A stretch of DNA of 63,421 bases, counting the filler, from Sluysia triapertura (lineage: Eukaryota): assembly GCA_046118255.1 (NCBI GenBank). It is 5 parts of 5 records of this genome, joined end to end, with 100 filler letters (N's around TTAATTAATTAA, not from the genome) between each part and the next. Parts side by side here need not be neighbours in the genome. Positions count along the whole stretch, not along the records: positions 12,666 to 23,732 come from JBJNIA010189397.1; 4 more parts are not named here. One strand, 5' to 3'. Of this stretch, positions 14,111-23,832 are shown piece by piece (the first letter of the stretch is position 1; each line of letters begins with the position of its first letter). The notes below the pieces were generated by a model. That model was not told where the DNA came from and ran no database searches. It saw only the letters and a program-made list of their open reading frames with translations. The position numbers and the translations under genes are program-made.

Positions 14111-15794
14111 ATGGCTTTGCCAAATAATTTTAAAGATTGTATTTCACAATGGTCTTACCAGAAATGCGCAAATTTAGTGGAGCAGAGGAAGAACTCTGCG
14201 ACTTATGTGAATACGATAGTATCGCCGAAGCTATTGGATGAAACGAAACAGAAAAAGTTAAACGAATACAAAATTACCTTACTGGCGTGGCGATTCAGAT
14301 TTATAAAGACATAAATGAACAAGATAAAGCAACTTGGAACTCTTTTGTTAATGCATTTACCTAGGAGATTGCCCACGATGACATGGAAAAATGTTAAATT
14401 TAAGAAAGCAAAAAGCTAATGAATCTGTTCATGAATTCGCAAGAGCATTAAAAAATCTAGTAAATAGAGCAAAGATTGCTGAATATAAAAAAGAAATGAT
14501 TTTAAAAGATAAATTAAAAACCAGTTTACGTCCTGAATTGAGAACTTATGTTACTTTAATTGAAGAAGCATCTTTCAAAGAATTAGCTAAGAAATGAAGA
14601 AGTATAGAAAAATCTTCATGTAAAGATAAAGATAGTATTAATTATGTTAGTTATAGTGAAAGTAAAAGCCCACAGAAATAATAGAGATAAATTTATTAAT
14701 TCTAATAATCGACATGATAATTATAATAATATTAATTATAATAGAAATAATAGTAATTATAAATATAATAGTCCGCGCAGAGGTATTTTTAACTATAGGG
14801 GAATCTTAGAAATTTTAATAATAATTTTAGAGGAAATAATTTTCAGTCAAGAAGATTTCAAAATAACAGAGGAAATCGAAATGGCATGACAAATTATAAA
14901 CAAAGACCAGAACCAAGATGGCCACCAAATACAAATATAAATAATTATAGAGCTCGAAGCAAAAGTCCGGATAGATATAATGATAAGGCACAAACCAATA
15001 TTGATGGGGAAATACGCTGCGATAATTGTAACAAATATGGGCACTCTATAAGAAATTGTGGTAAGTTAAAACAAAATACTTTTAGTCAAGATTTCTCTAA
15101 GGTAAGGGGTTCTCAACAACAAAAATATCAAAGCCCTAATAGGAAAGTAAGGTTTAATAATAGTAGTAATAAAAATGAGAAGGGCCAAGTAAATGGTAAC
15201 TGTATAAATCAAAGAAAATACAACGAATATGAAGATCAATATCAATATGAAGATGACTATTACGAAGACGAAGAAGAACCTAACAGAAATAGAAAGAATA
15301 ATAAGAAGGAACAAAGAAGACATGAATCTAGTAGCGAAGAAGATAATGACTACTCAAAATTGATAACAGATAAAGAAAAGAATGCTATGCTACGAGAATT
15401 CTATATCACTGGCTTAGATTGCGATAAACATCGATATCGGGAATTCAAGAAAGATAGAAAACGAAGAGAACAAAAAGAAAGAGAAGAAAATCGATTAACA
15501 ATACAACTAATTCAAGTAAGAATCCAAGAAATATTTAATAAAGCTATAGAAGAAAGGATCGAACAGATTAAAGAAATCAAAGATGTAATTACAAATGAAG
15601 AAATGAAACGAAGAATTCAACAATTAATCGATAAATTGGAAAGTAAAACACAAAAGATAGAGCCAGAAGTAGAAGAAAGCAGTACAGAACCGAGTAGCAT
15701 GGAAGAAGAAATGAATGATAAAGAAAGTGAAATGAGTAACACAGAAGAAGATGAAACACAGGAAAAGAATTTACAGGAGAAAATGATGTTATAG
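14111..15794 (+). pseudogene. gag: Retrotransposon Gag (capsid-like domain + CCHC zinc knuckle), frameshifted
   Basis: LPEMRKFSGAEEE..AEAIG*NETEKVKRIQNYLTGVAIQIYKDINEQDKATWNSFVNAF; LRKQKANESVHEFARALKNLVNRA..LRPELR; knuckle CDNCNKYGHSIRNC at 15018-15059; then an acidic/coiled-coil tail. Confidence 0.85.
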
Positions 15795-16879
15795 AAAATG
15801 ATGTTATCAGACAAACAGATGACGAAGAATTACGAGCAGAAGAAATAGATATCGATTCAGGAGAAGAATACTACAGTGCCACCGAATATATGGAAGAAGA
15901 AATAATCAATAAAGAAATAAAAATAATTAATAAATTAGAAAAGGAACCTATATTTCTTCTTGGCAAATGAGAAAATTGATACCCTAGAATTACAAAGAGA
16001 CTAAAAGGTCGAAGAAATTTTATTAAATTTGGCTAAAGGTAAAACAAAAGCTAAACATTTAGATGAAAATTTGGATGAATTATTAAAATTAAATTTGAGT
16101 ATTTACAGTGGATATGATATTAAAATGATACTTGCTATATTAAGCAATGAAGATAGCTTATAAAGAAATAAGGCTATAAAATTATTAAGAAAAATAGACC
16201 GAAATGAAAAAGAAAATAATCCCAAAGATTTAATGAAAATGAAAATAATTATTAATGATATTACAAATATTTTAATGGAACCCCAATTATTTCAAAAGTT
16301 AAAGATAATATTGAATTAATTAATTCAAATGATACAACAATAACCGATGTTGATTTATATTTCTATGAAAGAAAATTAATTCCATATGAATTTATAAATG
16401 ATTATGGTTATCCAACTATAAAAGGAAATCATGAGGAAACAGTAATAGAATCAGCAATATTCATGGCTTATACTAAATCTAAAGAAACAAACAAATTTAA
16501 TAATAAATTTTTTGATAATTTGGCTAAGAATAAACCAATGATCAGCCCACATTAAGATAAAATATCCGACGTTGATTTAGATAATTCCCAGGTTCATTAC
16601 TAAAAGAATTACTTGAAGATAATAATAATGATAATAAAAATGAAATTATAGATATGACTAAAGATAATAATGATAATTTTGATAAATAAACCCGATTAAA
16701 TTCTTGATTTAAATAAAAACCCTCATATTGAAACAGAAAACAAAGAAACTAATACCTTCAAAAGAAAAACTGCTAGACCCAGAAAGAATAGAGACATTGA
16801 TGAAACAATAACCCCCAATCCAATACAAAGAAAACCTGTTGATTTAACAAAAATAACTTATAAAAATAATAGTGAAGAA

Positions 16880-17330
16880 ACACTTAATTCAAAAAGTGTA
16901 ATGTATACTTTATTATCGTATAAGTTTACTAATTTTGACAAATATAAAATATTATTACCTGAATTTAAAACATAAAACTGCATTACTCAAAATAATTGAT
17001 ATAGTGGAAGAAAAATACAAACATACAGATATAAGTGATCATTTGGATAACGGACAATACAAAACCATTATTAATAAGCAAATTAATGCTGGTATTAATA
17101 GAGAAAGATTTAAGATTATAATATCTTATGTGATGTTCCAATGTAATAAAGCTGTATTGGTAAATAAAGAGAAAATAGATAACGTTATAAATTTTATAGA
17201 TAAGAAACTTGGTAATTGGATAAAAGAACAAGGAGGGTGGAAAAATATTATTAAAGAAAAAGAAAAAGAAGAGAAAAGCAAACTTAATGAACCACTTAAC
17301 TTAATATCAAAATTAATTAATTACCAATAA
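16880..17330 (+). CDS. Bcl-2-family (BH4-BH3-BH1-BH2) domain carried by the retroelement; frameshift near 16970
   Basis: BH4-like NSKSVMYTLLSYKF (16886-16927, upstream frame), BH3-like ALLKIIDIVEEKY, BH1-like GINRERFKIIISY (17091-), BH2 LGNWIKEQGGW (17208-17240), in the correct order and spacing. Confidence 0.8.
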
Positions 17331-17358
17331 TTCAAATGAAATAAACCCATAACTTGGT

Positions 17359-18500
17359 ATGTCAATCAACAATATGCTTTTTATAATTGTTCTACTGGCT
17401 TTATTTGGAATCCATAAAACAAATTCTATTAAAGCTTGTGATTGCAGTCAACCACAGATTAGAAGAAAATTTTCATTATTGGATACTGAAGACTGCCCTG
17501 AAGCGAGACCCAATAAAGTTAAAATAAAAGATATGAAAATACTAAAAGTTTATGAAGAAGGAAATCTAGTTACAACTTTAGTTCGAGAATGTTCAGTTAA
17601 AAGATCTGTAGTTATATGGTATTGTGGACATCATAGTCATTCATCATTTATCGATATTTTAATGTGTTGAAACCATTTAGGATTTTACCCTATAATTGTC
17701 GTGATGCTTTTGAAACTGGGTATATAGGTTTAAATAATGGAGATAAACTTAAAATTAAAAATAATGAAAAAATAATTTATAATATAAAAACTGCAGGTAA
17801 TGTAGTATTAATGGCACTTGCGAAAGAGGTTCGATAGAATACGAAGGGAAAATTTATAACAATGTAGTAGCGCAAGAAACATAAGTTGTAAGTCTAAGAT
17901 CTTTTAATGAAAGTTTTGATTTAGAAAAAGGAACTATGATGTCACGACCATTTTGTAAAAGTGACCAAATTAGTTGTGATAGGTGTAAATCAACACTAAT
18001 ATATGAATTGGAAACTTTTCAATGTCCTCTAGTATTTTTAAAACTAATCAAATTTAATTTAGTTTCAGGACTTATGTATCAAGATGATGATGAATTAGCA
18101 GTGGAGGAAATAAATGAAAAACAAATTCATAAAGATAATTTAGATTCACCACAAAGAAAACGACTTAATGAAGTGGAAACACCGACATTACCAATGGCAA
18201 ATAAAGAAGAAGATGGATTAATATTTGTTGCAAAATGTCAGTAATTAGATGTAGTCGGGAAATTGCAGAAACTAATTATCAAAGTATTTATTTGTCTGAA
18301 AATAAAATAATGCAAGCCAAAAAAAGTATAAATAAAAATAATTTGAAATTAAATACCTACTTTAATAATAAAATAGATTTCTATTACCAATTAGGATTAA
18401 TGTCACTTGAGAAAGTGTATCAAGCAATGATAACAAGAGATTGTCAATTAAATAAAGAAATTTTAAGGACAAAATTAGCAGTAGCAATTACTAATGGACG
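17359..18500 (+). pseudogene. env: Envelope-like glycoprotein related to chuvirus-type (class III) fusion glycoproteins; frameshifted and 3'-truncated
   Basis: Signal peptide MLFIIVLLALFGI, then ACDCS..FSLLDTEDC, ECSVKRSVVIWYCGHHSHSS, NCRDAFETG, TAGNV..NGTCERG..NVVAQE, and NLKLNTYFNNKIDF..LEKVYQAMITRDCQLNKEILRTKLAVA. This Cys/motif pattern matches chuvirus-like glycoproteins. Spans ORFs 17359, 17936 and 18235. Confidence 0.7.
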
Positions 18501-19894
18501 TTATAAATAAATTAGAAAATATTATTATTCACGGTAGATTAGGATTTTTAAAGATGCCAACAAATTCACAAATATCATTACCATAAATCATATTAAATTA
18601 TCCACCAAGACCATGTACACCAATTCCAAATTGGAATAACTTAGATTGGTGGGACAGGGATGCTTCGGTGACATCAACGTGTGGATCAGCATCTGAATCA
18701 TCATATACATCAGGAATAGAAAAAGGCAATGGTAATTATAGTAATAGTAATACTAATAGTAGTATAATGCTAATAACAGGGATACAAAATAATAAATCTC
18801 TTTATATTATTACTTTAATGCTATTATTTGTGCAATTAATAACAATGATAACTTCGGATCCATCAAAATTAATATCTTAATTTTAATAGATACTGGTCAA
18901 TAGAGTTAAACATAAAAAATGAAATTCCGAAGTATTATTTGGGTATATATTGCATCTATACCAACCCATTCTTAATAAAACCACCGTCAGACATAAACAA
19001 TATTTATTACTGTGAACATTCAATTCATTATAATACTATTTTAATTATTTCATTACATAATAATAAATCTCAAACGGAACATTTTAAATATGTTTAAAAA
19101 TGTCAAATACCATAATATTACTATTGATGATTGTAATCCACCTGGCTAAACGTTAAACTTTGAATCTAAATGATTAACCGACTCAATACAACAAATATCA
19201 ATATCAAAAACACACAAAAAACGAAAACGTTTTCATCAGGACATAAAAAGTGTTTCAGAATCGCCTAAGTAGACAACATCACTCAGCATCATTGCAACAT
19301 CCTGATACTCATCAATTTCAAAATAATCATGTCTCCTTGTATCATTAGGTCTTAGGTTTCATATCATGTTTTCTTGTATCATTAATAGGTATGTGGGTAT
19401 TCTTTGATTTAACATTCGTTGACCATCAACATGACACTGAATTTTCGATCTTGATTTGTCATTTTCATCAAAGGTCATCAATATATAAGACTTGAATTAA
19501 TTTTTTGATACGCACTTTCTAAGGAGTTCACTCCTAAAATTTAAAAATATCAGCATTAAGTTTGAAAATTTTATTGTGGATGACGTTATATTATTATTAT
19601 TATTATTAACTTTATTTATAATATTAATTTCATTATTAAAATTGTTATCGTTATCCACATTGATAGTATTATAAAACGAGTGCTTAATGCACGTAAGAAA
19701 TTTATTATCATTATTGTTATCGAAAATATGAACATAAAAATAACAAAAATATACTTAATTAATTTTAAAAGGATAAAAAGAAGGCGTAACACGTATTAGT
19801 TCATGTATCACTTTTGATTAAGGATAGATCGATATTTCATTTATTACACTAATTTCACTAACATAATTGTTTAAGAACAAAATTAAATGCCTTG

Positions 19895-20737
19895 TTACTG
19901 CATTTTCCGTTTCACCACGTAGACCATATCTTGAACGTTTCTCGATTCCAAACAGAAAATTCTCAGACCAAAATTATGGCGTGTGATGAAGAATTGATGG
20001 TGTGACCATAGCTGTTTAAAGCATAGTCGTGACCAGCAGGACCATGGCATTGCTCGCCAAAATAAATTTGGATTTGGACCAGTAAGTGGTGTTGTGTAAG
20101 AATAAGACACAGGTTTTGTCACATTAAAAGAAATTACATAATTAATCTCCTCCTGTAGTGGTGGTTCCATGACCGTAGCTAGTTCTAAACCAGTAGACCA
20201 TACATCTTGTAAAATTACGAATTTAACAATATTTTTATAAACTAGATAAATCAATTCACTTTTAAATGAATGTTTCATCACCGTATCTGGGTCTGAGTCA
20301 GTAGGTGATACATTATACAAAATTATAAACTTAGTTTTATTAGATTCAAATATATGACAAATTGATGGATATGAATTCAATAAGTCGATACTTCGTAAAT
20401 TTGTTTCAGAAACATAAACAAATCGTGATATTATAACTTGATTTGAATTTCGTATTAAACATTCATCTTTCGCAATATCTGTAGTTGATTTTCCTTCAGT
20501 TAAATCTTCTATTGTATCCTTAGAATTATTTGTGCAATCACTTGTAGGAGATTCAACACTTCTATTATTTTCAAAAATTTCAATGTCCTGTAAATCTGAT
20601 AATTCTGGTTTATTATCATCGACTTTAATTAACTTTTTCTTTTTTAGCTTTCTACCACTGATAGCTCCTTGTAATGGCCGGTATACAATTATTTGGGCTA
20701 GTAATTTAAAATTTAAATTTAAATTATTTAAAAACAA
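19895..20737 (-). CDS. Uncharacterised 280-aa intronless ORF, convergent with the retroelement env
   Basis: 843-bp open frame in roughly 75% AT DNA; no recognised motif; true start uncertain. Confidence 0.45.
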   Translation of the reverse strand: MFLNNLNLNFKLLAQIIVYRPLQGAISGRKLKKKKLIKVDDNKPELSDLQDIEIFENNRSVESPTSDCTNNSKDTIEDLTEGKSTTDIAKDECLIRNSNQVIISRFVYVSETNLRSIDLLNSYPSICHIFESNKTKFIILYNVSPTDSDPDTVMKHSFKSELIYLVYKNIVKFVILQDVWSTGLELATVMEPPLQEEINYVISFNVTKPVSYSYTTPLTGPNPNLFWRAMPWSCWSRLCFKQLWSHHQFFITRHNFGLRIFCLESRNVQDMVYVVKRKMQ

Positions 20738-23732
20738 TACTACAGTACTTTAAATTAAATGTTCTTGCTTTAACACAGAAAAATAAAAAAGCGCATGTTT
20801 TATTTAATGTAATAGCTACACAAATTGAATCTAGCCGTGCGTAAAAAAGTAAAGCGCACAAAGAACTTACATGATAGCAAAGATGGGCGTAATTTTTAGT
20901 AGCATAAAAATTGCGACCAATAAATCTCTTTTTATAAAAGTTATGGGTTTTTTCAAAGTTATGGTAACAAATCAGGAACATAAGAGGTTTAAAGCCATAA
21001 AAATTCAAATCTAAGCCAAAAAAATTGAGACAGTAGATAAATGGTCCATTGAGTTGCTTCGAAAATCATTCCCATGTCTTCTCATGCTAATCACCCCACT
21101 CAGTACGTAAAATAATGGCCATCACTTACATTGTTGTTGGGTGGATTCACTTGGAGAATTATTCTCAAAAAACCACCATAAAATTCGGATCCGAATCCAT
21201 TTAAAACTACCTTTGTTCTGGGAAGAATTTTGATCCAATCTGTCATTTTTCAAATAGTTTTTAGAGATAAGACTTAAACATATATCTTGCACGTCTTCTA
21301 AAAATGCAAGATATAACTTTCTGATACTTTGTAATTAATTTTTAAAATGCAATTTCTAAATTTTTGAATTTCTTTGTAATTATTAATTAAAAATGCAGAA
21401 TATAACTTTCTTTATAATTAATATTATTTAAACAAGGGATTTTCTTCTTTCTTTTCTTTAAAATCTTTAAAACTTTCTTTTTCTTTCCTTTTTTTCTTTA
21501 AAACTTTTATGATTTTCTTTTTATTATCTTTAAAAATTTTTATAATTTTCTTTCTCGTTTCTGTAAAATCTCTACAATTCTCCTTCAATTTTCCTCAAGT
21601 TTAAGTGAATCTTTTATTGAAAGACTCACTACAGACTAATTTAACTTTGTCTTACAGACTAATAGCAATAGGACGAAGAGTGAGAGTAATTATGTTTCGG
21701 AACCAAACGCAACTATTTATAATAATAATTTATATGTTGGAGATTTTTATTCTTATTAATTATTTATTTATTTTTGGTCTTGTAATGTGTGTGATAATAA
21801 GTTAAAGTTGTGCGATGTAAAGAGTATTAGCGAATGACTTTTATACAAATACATGACTGTAAGAGGGAACAAAAGTACGGTATATGACTGAGACACCACA
21901 CTCCTGACAGGGAATTAATTGTTAGAATAAACGGTTTTAAAATTTTTAAAATTGTTTTCAGATTTATTTTTGTAGGTAAATGCTTTGACCGAAATTTTAC
22001 CAAAAAAAATATGAAAAAAATGTGAAAAATAATTAGAGGTCTACGAAAGATAAAAAATGCAAAAATAATAAAATATAAAATATTAATGTATAAAATTGTT
22101 ACATCATTTTTTAAAGAAAACTTAAAATATAAAAATATGAAGTTCCACAATTACAAAAATTATAAAAATACATAAATATAAAATTATATAATTATGCAAT
22201 TATAAAATTTCAGAATATAAAATGATACGATTAGACACTTCTAGAATTGCAAAAAACATAAAAGTGGAAAATTGTGAGGCACAAGAAAAAGTGTTGCGTT
22301 GTAATGATGATTGGATGACAGCGGGAATCATGCTTAATGTACCAATTTGGAATGTTGATGAAACAAATCTTATCAGACAACTGTGAATTTATAATGTTAA
22401 AGGGCGATGAATAATGTAGTGTTATGGGATGATGTAAGCGAGACATATGATGAGGTTTGTGTGTAATTGATTGTTATGATTTATGCGATGTGTACATAGT
22501 CGTGGGCTGAACCACCAAATATATTTATTTTATAAAATAATATAAAATTTAAACTAAATTATTTCTTTTGATAAATGCTATAATAATTCGACTTCTTTCC
22601 GCAATTTAATTTGTCTCTCACTTCTACTTTTTTTGATAAATTTTGATTTCACTTGGTTTTCCATTACTTAAGCTTACCCTGATCAATAATTTACGAGTTA
22701 CGGTTAGTCCGTAGGATTTTTAGAAAGTAAGGTACAGTGGAGGATTAATAAGTCTAAATTTGTTTAAGGTTTATTTGCAAGTTTAATAATATTAATTTGC
22801 AAAATATTATTAACTGCGATAACATATTTTCTGATAAGATAAAAATAAATAATGATTCTTTAAATATTTACAACTACATTGTTGAGATGTTTGTAAAATT
22901 TAAAATATAAAATAATAATTCGTTAAATATTTACCAAAAAACTTTTTTTTATTTAAAATACTTCTCGAAATACTCGAAAACTAACGTTTGTAAAATGTTT
23001 TATATGCCAATTTAATGAGGAAGATAAAAATTAAAGCCTTACAAACTTTAATCATTAGTTAAAAATTCATGTATTATCTTCCATCAAAATATATTTTGTC
23101 GAATTTCTTTACTTCTACAATACGGCATTGTTAGAATCATTGTAATGATTTGCTTTGTAGTCCGAATTCATCCCTTTCAATTTGATATGCAATTTTAATG
23201 CTCACACAGCATTTTGTGATTTTTCTCCTGTCCAAGATTTTTTATAATAACCCTCTGCATCTTTATCTTTTAATTTTTTCTTTGTAAATTTTTATCTAGG
23301 CAAGTTATTTTTACTAACTTATTTTTTTCACAGCCATTTTTAATTTTTCTGCTAATTTTTTATTGGTTTAATTTCTTTCTTTATTTTCAAATTTGGCCAG
23401 TTGTATGAAAGCACACCCATTATTTTATTCGATTTTAGCCAATCACAAATACATCAGCATGACTGAAAAATTCCTTATCAAACAAAGTAGCCATATTGGC
23501 CTTAGATGAAATGAAATATTAGATATTGTAATTATTATTTTCATGATTATTATTATAATTTTAATTCTTATAGTTATATTTATTATTATATTTATTATAT
23601 TTTGTAAATATTAAAAATTTTAAATAAATTTTGGATCATAATAATTAATTATTTATTTAAATAGAAAAATAATTGATAATAATCTAATAAAAGTTAAATA
23701 AAAATTAATTAAATTAAAATGTTTAATTTGAA

Positions 23733-23832
23733 NNNNNNNNNNNNNNNNNNNNNNNNNNNNNNNNNNNNNNNNNNNNTTAATTAATTAANNNNNNNNNNNN
23801 NNNNNNNNNNNNNNNNNNNNNNNNNNNNNNNN
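23733..23832. other. Artificial contig-joining spacer
   Basis: N44-TTAATTAATTAA-N44. Confidence 0.95.

Larger units (their letters stand above)
14111..18500 (+). mobile_element. Decayed LTR-retroelement (Ty3/gypsy-like) internal region: gag - charged region - Bcl-2-like - env
   Basis: Continuous purine-rich plus-strand coding character with scattered stops and frameshifts. Gag, Bcl-2 and glycoprotein motifs are collinear and intronless. No LTR pair or pol found. Confidence 0.8.

Noticed and set aside
15066-15323. Hydrophobic minus-strand ORFs opposite gag (also 15617-15814, 16983-17231)
   Set aside because: Shadow frames of A-rich plus-strand coding sequence.
15847-15865. IDIDSGEE as a retroviral aspartic protease DSG motif
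   Set aside because: It sits in an acidic low-complexity tract, lacks the hydrophobic beta context and has no downstream ILG.D motif.
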